Source: Atractiella rhizophila (lineage: Eukaryota). Taken from it: a stretch of DNA of 42,058 nt. Numbering within the stretch: the stretch's first letter is position 1; every line of letters starts with the position of its first letter. The stretch spans positions 11,684 to 53,741 of the forward strand of contig MU271490.1 in assembly GCA_021432655.1 (NCBI GenBank). Direction: 5' to 3'. Both the position numbers and the translations under genes were made by a program. This document shows, one piece after another, positions 11,166 through 21,925 of the stretch. Below the pieces are notes generated by a model, which had not been told where the DNA came from, did not search any database, and saw only the letters and a program-made list of their open reading frames with translations.

Positions 11166-13405
11166 TCAGGCACCAACTGTTTCTCTCGCATGCTCCTCAT
11201 ATATTTCTCTCGCCTTCTCCTCGTGAATGTCATCTTGTTTTTCGAGGCTGTACAAATCCTCCTTGGAAGTGACTACAAAAGAGTAAGATAAGCCACAAAT
11301 AGTACGTCACTGAACGTACCAGTCATTGGTGGTGGTGGAGTATGATCTATTTCTTCTCCGCCTCCTTCTTCGGCGGCCGTTTTAGCTTTCTCGAATTCGG
11401 AGCCGTGATATTCACTTCCAACCAAACACCAGAAGATGATCCACGCAGCAACGACTCCAATAAAGATGGCTACATGGAGCCATCAGTATATTCCACCTGA
11501 GACAATAAAGGCAACCAACCTTGAATTTTGGCATAATCCGGCACCACTTTTCCATGGACGGTCGTTTTGGATGATTCTCCCGCTGTAGCTTCGATTTGAG
11601 ACGAAGCAGAGGACACCATAGTACCCAATTGATAGGCGACGCCGGGGAAAGTGGCTCGGAAGGCAGGAGGCGAGATTTCTTGCAGGTACGCAGGAACGAT
11701 TCCCAATGCGCCTTGCACTCTGTATAAAGGATCGGGACCGATTCAGCTGGAGTAAGGGAACCTACCCGCTCTGAACAAAGAATGCTCCAGTAGCCAGACC
11801 ACCAAACGTGTCCGGAAGGGTCTATGATTAGATCGTTAGAGGCAGCTCCCAAAAGAACCGCAACGAACCCACTATTCTCAAGGAAGCAAATCAGCATTTC
11901 CACGCTTCGTCTGACATAGAGGTGGAAGGAACATACAAGAGGGATCCAGCACGCAGTCCATAAACAACAGGCAATGATCATAACGCGTCTTCCCAAGGAT
12001 TGCGACAGGTAACCGCTTAGAATTCCACCGACAATAGCGCCGCAATTACCTTGCACATTGTGATTAAGACCTAGAACTACAGAAAGTAGCAAGAGTTTTA
12101 CCGATTATGGTTGCCACTGGTCTTCTGCATTAGCGACGTAGCCAATGCGAGAGAACGAACTTTACCTGTAGCCTGATGATTGGAAAGCAGCTTGGCTTCC
12201 TGGAGGTAAGTGGGATAGAGATCCTGGCTACCGTGGGAGAAGAAACTGAATCCGGCCATGAGCAACACTGTGAAGATGCATCGTTGCCAGTGTAACTTCA
12301 AGGCTGCCTTCACGCTCTGGAAGAAGTACTTCGATTTGCCTCCAGTGTTGCCGGCCGCTTTGGACTTCAAGAAGAACTCGCTTTCAGGGAGGAGAAGACG
12401 GAAGACAGCACCCTGTAGGGCTCTCAGCAGGGTGAAGATGTAGAATATCAAAGAGGAAGTACACCGAGGGAGAGGCCAGAGCCGAGGTAGAAAAGCGGTC
12501 TCCATGAATTTTTATCGTGCACCAAAGTCAGATTGACGACAGATGCGATCAGATATCCAACGGCATAACCTTGCTGAAGGATCCCGGAAAATAGGCCGCG
12601 TGCTGTTTTCACCATGTCAGCGCGTTCATGATGAAGGGATACAAGCCTGCCTTCAACTGGCATATTTTCCAATCCGTTCGATGCAGCGAGTCCCCAAATT
12701 CCGCCCATTCCAATTCCAAAGAGGGATCGAACAGCGAGGAAAGCGTTCCATTCGTGAACAAAACCGGTTCCAAGCTGTGGCTCAGTCATCACTTATTTCC
12801 AGGCAAAAAAAGAGCGGTGTCACTGACTTGCAGGACAGCGATGATCAACAAATTAGCCACCAACGGCCATTTACGGCCATATCTGTCTGAAATGATCCCG
12901 AAGATCACAGCTCCCAAACTTCTAAATAGGAGTGTGAGGGTGATAGAAGTCGTAATCGTGTCTGAAGTCATTGTTCAGAATCCTCTCATCTCCAGTGCTG
13001 GTCACTTACGGGTAGATTTATCAAATTGCTTGGATAATCGGCCAACCGTGAGAGAGACGCAAAAGAAGTCGTAAGCTAATGGAATCGAGAGTTGTCAACC
13101 GAACATCTTTTGTTGATACAGGTTGAAACAATGTACCATCCATGGTCCAGGCTGCGAAGTATCATTCAGATGTTAACGACAACTAGAAATGCAACCAACT
13201 AACCATACCATCCACTGAGGAACAGAAGCCATTGCTTAATCGTGAGAGATCGCAAAATAGCAAACAGACTATAAGACCTCGCTTGGGCCCTCTATCAACC
13301 CGATCTTGTCTCAGCTTGCAAACAGAATTCAAGGTGACGACACACCTGTTCCCTAGAGGGACGCTTTGGAAGGTTAGCTACAAATTCGCTCCAGTTCTTA
13401 ATCAT
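11166..13405 (-). CDS. JEN1: Carboxylic acid transporter, MFS JEN1/SHS family (copy A)
   Basis: Spliced motifs GWYAWTMDAYDFF, TLLFRSLGAVIFGIISDRYGRKWPL, RSLFGIGMGGIWG, GILQQGY, SHGSQDLYPTY, GRR, QGALGIVPAYLQEISPPAFRATFPGVAYQLG. ATG 13405 (an upstream exon is not excluded); TGA 11166-11168. Confidence 0.93.
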
Positions 13406-14657
13406 CCTGTGGAAATGTAGGCGTTCAAGACTTCTCGCTTCTGAGCAGAAAAGCTGGGGAAGCGGAGAGGGTGATCCAGCAGAGCTTTTGTACCCCACGA
13501 AAGAGACCGAAGCGTCCGCTTCGACTACGATCCGCGCCAGTTATCGGGCAAAGCTCCCTCATTAGATCCATTCAAGAACCAGCCCAAATTGTCTACGCGA
13601 TAGATTGGTGACCAAGAATAAGCATTCGCTCCAGGGAAGGCAACGGAAAGTTCTTCCATCCTTGATTAAATAATACATGCGAGACTGACGCTTGAATATA
13701 CAATCCGGAGCTGCCCGAAGTATGTCTGAACTTGCGGCTTTTCGCGAGGGTCATGATGCTCAGCTCTGATCGATGGTAGGGATATTTTCACTGCCTGCCA
13801 CAATAGCGATACTACTGCGGTTCTAAACTCGGCTTTGGGTAGCAGTAATGAATGACACGCATGGTCCCATTTACACTTCAACGCTGTCAATGGACAGCCG
13901 TCACTTCCGCGCGTAGGATGGACGTGACCCATTACTGTAAGGGCTGCATCACGGCCGCGCTTCTGGAATAGTGTTGAATTTGGTCAAAGATTCTCCGCTA
14001 TGACGCAATGAAGAAATGCTCTGGAATGTGGGGTATTTTCGCAGAAAATAAGTATTGTACTCACTCGCTCGACATCTATTTCTCCTCAGACTGATACCCG
14101 ACACCAGCACTGAACTGGGGCCATGCTTTCCCGCCTAAATGTCATGGAGTCAAGGCAGCACCATGATTGGATAAGACTGGTGCATGCATTCTCAGATGAT
14201 TCATTCTACAAACACAGACTGCATAAGGCTGGCAGCATGTAGATATGCTACTGTATCAATTGTGGAGGCCTTTGCACGATCATAGAAGGATGTTGTGTAC
14301 AATTTTATGTAACTACCTCTTCTTCAAGGAGTAATCAATATTTATACAATTCTCCAACTCTCCTTACCATCAATCTTTAGAAAGTTTGGCCACTCACCTC
14401 GTTATGTTGAATTCATATGTGCCTTTCAAGTGTATCCTTTACTGTGAGTGGTAGTAGCACAGGTTTTCTACAGATTCTGCTCTACCCTCTACTGTGTTGT
14501 AATGATCAATATCAGAGAATCAGACACTCTACTAGCGAAAGCCACTTGTGCGTATGGTATTGAAATGCTGTGAACCTTGCAAGGAAGATAAGATTTGCTG
14601 CGCATTCTTTTGGACAACAACCTGCAGGAAGCTCAAGTCACAATTACACCAGCAATC

Positions 14658-15545
14658 ATGAACATTATCGTAAGTTAACGCTTGGAGGTTACGCGGGCTA
14701 AAAGGAAGATAGGAATCTCTTTTTGGTCGGTCTATGACCCCGGCGGAAAAGCTGCGGCAGCACCAGCGAGCACTCGCGAAGGCACAACGTGAGCTGGAGC
14801 GAGAGAGGATGAAGCTCGAACAGGGAGAAAAGAAATTAGTCATGGATATTAAGGCTGCTGCACGGAAGGGTCAAATGGTGCGTACTTTCATTTTGAGAGG
14901 AGAAGAAGGAGCTAAAGGATGGCGCTGCTATAGAACTCTTGCAAGATCATGGCCAAAGACCTTGTCCGCACTCGACGTTACATCTCCAAGTTCTATAATA
15001 TGCGGACACAACTTCAGGCGATTGGCTTGAGGATTCAAACTATGAGGAGTAATCAGCAGATGGGAGAAGCAATGAAAGGTGCGACTCGGGTACGTTCTCT
15101 CACCTCGGACACGGCAGTGAGGGTGGAGTAACTGTAGAAGTAGTCCATGGCGCTCATGTCGCGAAGTATGAACCTCCCTGCAATGCAGAAGATCCTTCAA
15201 GACTTTGAGAAGGAGTCAGCCATGATGGATATGAAAGAGGAGATGATGAGCGAAAGCATCGACGACGTTATGGTTTGTCCTTCTCTTGCTTGATGCCAGG
15301 ACTCTTTCTCATTGATGTGATAGGACGATGAAGCCGAGGAGGAGGAAGAGGGCGATAAAATCCTTAAGGAGGTTCTTGACGAGATTGGTGTGTCAGTTGG
15401 ACAACAACTTGGCGATGCTCCACCGACCAGTCTTGGGCCCACGAAAGTCGCTGAAGATAGGATGGCTGTACCGATGGGTGCGGACGGGGGAGGAGAGGGA
15501 ATGGATGACCTCCAGGCGAGGTTGGATAGTTTGAGGAAGGACTAA
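14658..15545 (+). CDS. VPS2: ESCRT-III subunit Vps2/Did4 (Snf7 family)
   Basis: MNII|ESLFGRSMTPAEKLRQHQRAL...AKDLVRTRRYISKFYNMRTQLQAIGLRIQT; C-terminal MIM1-type DDLQARLDSLRKD*. Confidence 0.96.
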
Positions 15546-15674
15546 TAGCTGTTTGTGACCCCAGAATAACCTGAGTTCTCTTGTTGTATGTCTTTATGGC
15601 CATCCGTTTGCTTCATTCTTCGAAATCGAAGTACATCTTATTTCTAACAACACATTACATCAACCTTTGAAACC

Positions 15675-17320
15675 TCAATCGCCAGCCAGAGTTGCTACTT
15701 CCCCTTCTGGTACCTCTGGAACGACCGTATCCCCATCCTGCGGCTTGTTTCTTCCCTTCCCTCGACTCCTCTCTACACTGGCCCAATCCCTCTTCGCCTG
15801 CTCCACAATCTTGAAGCTGCCATCATACACATTATAAAACTCCTCGCATGCCTTCGTGAATGTAGGTTCCCCCCTTTCCATCTCCTCTCGGACACTCTCC
15901 ATGAAGCTTCGCATCATTACCGTATTGTGCATGGCAAGGAGGACGAGGCCCGTCATTTCATGCGTCATCAGCAGATGGTGGAGATATGCCCTTGTAGGTG
16001 CTGTTCCCTCTTTATTGAAAGGAATCGGGTAACGCAATGTGAGCGGAGAAGATGAAAGCAGGCTTGCGTCCTCCTTATATCGAGGATCGAAAAGATTGAT
16101 CGCTATCGGGAGAGCCGAAGGTGAATTTGAAGTGGGAGGAGGTGGGAAAGTAAAATCGAGGGCAGCGCCGACAGTGGAGAGAGTGGCGGACCAGTGGTCC
16201 ACGATCAAGTCGACACCAACTTGGGATATAAGGGAGAGGATCTGGTGCGGTCCATTAGCGGCAAGAACGAGACGTGGCTTCTGTTTTGTGAGCGGAGCGA
16301 AGGAGGCCCTTAGAAGGTCGATCGTGCTCTCTGTTAGTGGCTCGCCAGTCGCCGATGAGGGAACTAATGTTTCATTGGACTTCGAGTGCTCAGATGGCGG
16401 GAGGAGCAGGACGGCGTAGCCAGATATTCCGTCGTCTATTTTCCGAAGGGTGGAAGGATCTTCAAATACTCCATTGATAAGGAATTGCGAATAGCCAGGC
16501 GGTCCCATCAAGACCTCAGACCAATCTTCGCGCGTCTCAGCTGACGATCCTCCTAGCAAGGTAGCGAAAATAGGCGCGTTTCCCTACGCACTCCAATGTT
16601 CGACATTCGTTACAAATGGATGAATAAAGGAACTGACCGCATTGTGTGATATAAGCTGCTCCAGCCATTTGATGGAGCGATTGAACGACTTTTCCAGTCG
16701 CTTTTTCGAATTATGAGAACCAACTTGATCCGATAAGGCTAGTAGAATGTCGGGAGGCTTGGAGCTGCCAATCGATGCAAAATCAGACGGAGTAATCTAT
16801 AGATAACACTAATCAACAACAAAAGAAATAAGAGATGAATACAGCGGATGAGCACCCTTGCGATTCCCAGCGGACAGCGAATGGAAACATAGCTATCCGT
16901 GTTGTAAGGCACGTCGACGGTATCGCTCGGATCTCGAGTACCGAGGACAATAAGCGGACTGTTAGGAAATCTCGAGGTGTTGTGAAGCCCAAAATATCGC
17001 GCCATTTCGAAGGGAGCTTGAACATAGGCAGGCGGATTGAAATCCATGCTGTGTCCTCGACAGGCCATCAGTTCCAACGACGAAACATAGACTAAACCTC
17101 ACAAATGCTCCAAAGACATATGCACCATGTCAATCGGTAACCTCTCAATATTATCGCGAGTCAAATGAGGAGGAGTCCCCCTTTTGGAGGAGGGGATGAT
17201 GGCTGGGGTGGACACCGTTTTGCCATTGATCGACAGCGTCCCGACTCGCAATTTTTCAGAGGTCAATTTCGAAGAGAGCTCGAAAGAGAACTCTCTTCGA
17301 TGGGAGCTAGCCTGGCTCAT
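15675..17320 (-). CDS. QTRT2: Queuine tRNA-ribosyltransferase accessory subunit (Qtr2/QTRT2-like)
   Basis: RVGTL...TPAIIPSSKRGTPPHLTRD, KPRLV...GPHQILSLISQVGVDL, INLFDPRY, TRAYLHHLLMTHEMTGLVLLAMHN; 3 introns. Confidence 0.85.
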
Positions 17321-17475
17321 CCGGAGTGCACAGGATATTCAAGCAAATGGGAAGTTTGAACGAAAACACACTTTGATCGCTGTAGTTTGAATCATGATCT
17401 GGTTTGGAAGCTCCCGAAAATTTCGATCAGCGCAGAAACTGCAGTGAACATCAGGACGTTAGCAGAACGCGCGAG
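17321..17475. promoter_or_regulatory. Probable bidirectional promoter QTRT2/ADE1
   Basis: Head-to-head start codons only 155 bp apart. Confidence 0.5.
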
Positions 17476-18628
17476 ATGTCTAGCATATCTTCTACAGACT
17501 GTCCAACTCTTACCCTCGTCGCGCGTGGCAAAGTCCGTGACATCTACTCTGTCCCCAGCCATCCAGATCGTCTCCTTTTCGTAGCTACCGATAGGGTATC
17601 AGCTTTTGACTATGTCATGAAGACGGTAAGCTCCACTTCCTAAGGTTAGGTGCTTCGGATGGGAGGTTCTGATTATGCTTTCTTGCTAGCCAGCCCATCC
17701 CTTCCAAAGGTTCTCTTCTCAGCCTTCTTTCGCTGCACTTCTTCCAATCTATCTGTCCACTCCTACCCATCGAGCACCACGTCGCAGGTTTCATTCCGTC
17801 ACCTAAGAACTCGCCTTCGATCAAAGCGTCTCTGGGAGCTGGATTATGGGAGGAACTGCCTGAGGAGGTGTTGCAATATAGGGAACAGTTGGAGGGGAGG
17901 AGCATTTGGGTGAAGAAGTGCGAGGTATTGAAGGTGGAGGCTATTGTTAGAGGATATCTGACTGGTGCGTCCTTCCGTCAGGATTGGAGGATAATGTTTC
18001 ATGAGAGGATGATGAAGGGTCGGCATGGAGAGAGTACGAGAAAAGCGGCACAGTCCATGGAATGAAGATGCCAGAGGGGCTCAAGAATTCATCCAAGTTC
18101 CCCGAACCCATATTCACTCCTAGCACGAAGGCAGATCAAGGGGAACATGACGAAAATATTCATCCGGATGAACGTACGTCCTCTAATCATTCTCGAGCTT
18201 ACAAATGGAGTTGAATAACTGTAACTGCAGTCCACAAGCTCCTTCCCGATCCTTCGCTCGCAGAGAAGATCAAATCTGTGTCCATATCTCTATACAGTCA
18301 TGCCGCCGCATATTGTGAACAACATGGCCTTCTGTTGGCCGATACCAAAATGGAATTCGGACTGTATACGCCTGCTGGCTCCTCCGAACGTCAACTAATG
18401 CTGATTGACGAGTTCATTACTCCCGACTCCAGTCGATTCTGGATCAAAGAAGAGTACAAGGAAGGAAGTGCGATGGTTGGCATCGACAAAGAGGGATTGA
18501 GAGCTTGGCTCAAAGCTCGTGATGGCGGTCCAGGTGAAGTTGAGCTGCCAGAAGATGTGGTAGTGGGCTTGAAAGCAAGATATACTGAAGCTTGGAAGAG
18601 GTTGACGGGGCATGAGTGGGTAGATTGA
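17476..18628 (+). CDS. ADE1: SAICAR synthetase
   Basis: [66 protein letters not shown]. Confidence 0.97.
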
Positions 18629-18744
18629 TCTCTGTCACAGTTTGTGTATTTGTATTTCAAAGGGAATGCCACAATAGATTTTCCATCCTCGTCAAGGTAT
18701 TGACGGCTAGCAAGTTCATTTTCCTACACATATGTGTGGCTGTC

Positions 18745-19872
18745 TCAATCCAACAAGTTTTCTTCCTTTTCAATTTCTTCTTTGCTTGGGCACCACCGCG
18801 CCTTTGTTTCTTCAGTCATTCAGTGTTCCAACCTGGAAGGGAATGACGCACTTGCAGTTCCTTATCCAGTGTGGCTCCATAAACATCTTTCGGCCACCAC
18901 TCGCCCCAACTCGTGAGAAAGATCTGTTCGGGATCCTGGGGGAAATCGTCTATTGTGAAGGCGCGCCACAGATTTTGAGCACCTGTGAACACAAGATATC
19001 ATGAGCCAGCGTCCAGGCTTGTATTCGGCCACAGACCTTCAGGGACTGATTTTGCGTCAGGCATGTCCATGGTCAGCTTCATTCCAGCACCAACGCCGAG
19101 TCCAGTGTTGGGAATGAGACCTGGAGAAACGGCGAGCACCGTGCATGATGGCAACTCCCGACGCCAATAGTGGGCGCTTAAGAGTTGAATGAATTTTGTG
19201 GCTGGATAGATTGTACGGCCTGTTGCTCCGGATCCTGCTCTTACATCTTTATCCAGTGCCTCTGCAGAAAATGTCACCGTCAAATATCGCAATTCAAGGG
19301 AACAACTTGCTCGTTTCCGAAACGATCTTGACAGCGCCAGAGGAGACCACAACGACACGCGATTGTGATGAAGTAAGCTTTTCACGGAGTAGGTGAGTTA
19401 GGTAATGCTGAGCTGATTATCCATACTGTTAAGGCGGCACGACGGTCGAAACAAAGATTTACAGAGGTGATTGACAATGTAAGAGTCACACCACTTCGAG
19501 CCGTTTGGCCCAGTAGGTTCTTCAGCACCAAAGCTGATGGCGGCATTGAGGAAGAGGTAGTCCAACTTATCCTTCCCGAGCCGCTCAAGGGTTGTTCGAC
19601 TGAAAGTCTTGACTTCTCGAAGGTTTGAAAGATTGAGAGGCAAGATGGTAAGACTGTGTTTATCTGCGTCGTATTTAATGTCATCATAAGCTGCTTGCGT
19701 CCTCTTCATATCCCTCGCGCCCAGGATGAATCGGTAAGGCTCCGATTTCAGTAGGAGCTGCTTGACCAGCTCAAACCCCTTTCTTGAAAAGTCAGCATCT
19801 TGTAGGTGACCTGATGCCACTTACGAGTCCAGAGGTAGCGCCGGTAGCAACGATTGTCTTCATGGCTGACAT
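18745..19872 (-). CDS. Short-chain dehydrogenase/reductase (NAD(P)-binding Rossmann fold)
   Basis: TIVATGATSGLGFE (TGxxxGxG), LFLNAA, VNHL, VVVSSGA, YPATK (YxxxK), AVSPGLIPNTGL; ends EENLLD* (TGA 18745-18747). Start ATG 19872 or 19863. Confidence 0.88.
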
Positions 19873-20566
19873 ATTGCCTCTGTTTCAAAGGGCCAGGCTT
19901 TTTAAACAGATTGAGCACGGAAAGAATCCGTATGAATGAACCGATCCTGGGATGCGGCCACGCAGCCAAATGGGCCGCGCACAAGGCGAAGCTGACTTAT
20001 CGCCTTTAAATGGCTGAGGCATCGTCTACAGGAAGATCCAACGATATCCCATTAGGCAGCAGCGTCTGGCTAGAAACAACTTGAACATCTTTGAGAAGTG
20101 ATGACATGCCCAATGCCGACTCTCGGCATCTTTCCAAAACATCCTTCTCCTCATTTGAGCGACGGGGTATTGTTCTCGCGTTGTTCGTTGAGCCGTTGAG
20201 CTGTTCCCTGAAAACCATTCATGGCAGCATTTGGGGACCCCAACTTTGAAAGGGACTGGAGGAACGGAAGAGCCGCCTTTGTGCCAGACTTGTTCCGGCC
20301 CAATTCCGTCAGCAGTCCCCGGATGACTATAAAGTGACTTGTTGCTCCAATAAGCCGTATAAAGCTCAGGAGCTCAGGCGAGGGTTCGAGAACTCAACTC
20401 ATCAAGAGAAGAGAATATAAGACCCGCGGTTCAAGTACTCAAGAATTGCTCAAGCTTTGCGCCATACAGTGTCGTCAGCATCCATTGAAGCGGGAAGTGA
20501 CAAACTAGTTCGTCAAACAATATCAATATCATAGTCTTCTCCCGAGACGGCCACAGCTCCTCAGCA

Positions 20567-20962
20567 ATGCTTTTCTCAAGAACTTCATTCTCCCTCGCAC
20601 GACGACCTCTTCAAGCTTCACGCATAACAGCCAATCACGGCGTGCAGAAACGGCTCGCGACGATGGAGCACTTTGCTCGAACCAAGTGCTCACAGTGCGA
20701 TCCCACAAGCGGCTGTCCTGTTGGGATGCAGAATGGAGTGATGATCAAGCGATCATGTCCCGTTCCTTCGAACTTAGCTAGGGTCACCATTCTGGCGAGT
20801 CTCGCAAGCTTCGTACGTCTGTTTGCCCGTGATTTAGCAGGTGCAAATAAGTATTGCAAACAGTTATACCTCTGCAGCTTGGACGACTCCGAACGTATCT
20901 TCGATCATAATCCTCCTCGTTCACCGCTTTTCTTCAAATCGCAAACTGCCCATCACGCGTGA
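20567..20962 (+). CDS. Small putative mitochondrial membrane protein with Cys cluster (~114 aa)
   Basis: Arg/Ser/Leu-rich, acid-free N-terminus (MLFSRTSFSLARRPLQASR) resembling a presequence; in-frame 51-nt intron 20813-20863 (GTACGT...CAG); hydrophobic segment LARVTILASLASFLYLCSL; TATA-like AATATAAG near 20415. Confidence 0.55.
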   Translation: MLFSRTSFSLARRPLQASRITANHGVQKRLATMEHFARTKCSQCDPTSGCPVGMQNGVMIKRSCPVPSNLARVTILASLASFVRLFARDLAGANKYCKQLYLCSLDDSERIFDHNPPRSPLFFKSQTAHHA

Positions 20963-21283
20963 GCTGGTGTGTGGAAGGATATGCTGGTACTCTGTGTGCT
21001 TTGGTTTCTCCCTTCTTGTAGTCAGTTGCATTCGTACACGCAAGTTCGCTTTATATTCGACATTCGCAGATTTCCTTGGTCCTCTTTCAAGGCCAGCTTC
21101 GTTTCTTGTTCATCTTTTGTTCCACCCGTTCCTCGTCAATCTGTCTGAATACCTGATTGAGATTCTCTCCTGCTTAGAATGAAGCGTCGAATTTTGGGAC
21201 TATCAAGCAATGAAATGCACTTGTCAAGCGCGTCGGTTTCGTCGCGTCATGATCAGTTTGAAGGATACGCACCAGGTATTGAA

Positions 21284-21773
21284 TCAAGAACGAAGCTCTT
21301 CTAACTCTTTTAGTAGCTCATCTTTCCGCATCCTCAACTGCTCTAAACGTTCAAGATCTTCTTGGGTTTCCTCACCGCGCTGCCGCAGTGCCTAGTACAC
21401 CTAGTCAATTGAGACCTATACAAAGAGTGAAGGAAAAGCGCGCACGACAGACTGTCTCAACTCTTTATCCATGATCTGAAATAGACCTAATCCATTCTCT
21501 GCCTTCAAAACAATGTTTTCAATTTGTGGCTCGATCGCATCATGCAGCTCTTGCTTCGCTTCTTCGACATCTGTCTCAGTGATAATCTCGTGGGATCGAT
21601 GTTGCTCAATCAGCTTTGTGATCCGTTCAGTCTCTGGGACGCGTTCTGCTAGTAAACGGGCGACGCCCGAAAGCTACACAGGAGGGCGGTCAGACGCGGA
21701 AGGAGCGTGCTCGAGTACATACCTTCCGCGAAGCTGAAGCCAAAGCAAACGACCCAATCTCTATGTTGCTCAT
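21284..21773 (-). CDS. SPC19: DASH/Dam1 complex subunit Spc19-like
   Basis: Three exons, not in the ORF track: MSNIEIGSFALASASRK|LSGVARLLAERVPETERITKLIEQHRSHEIITETDVEEAKQELHDAIEPQIENIVLKAENGL...|...ERLEQLRMRKDELLKELEELRS*. Matches my recollection of the Spc19 pattern. Confidence 0.6.
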
Positions 21774-21925
21774 TGGACGTCGATCGACAAGTGCCGCGCC
21801 AGGAAACCCCTGAGGGTCCTTAGGCACCACGACTTTCTTCGTCCAAGACCCAGCTGAAACATCTTTTCTCTTTCTTCAAAAGCATTACTTTCATCGCGAA
21901 TTTCTAGTACAACTCTTAATTTATC

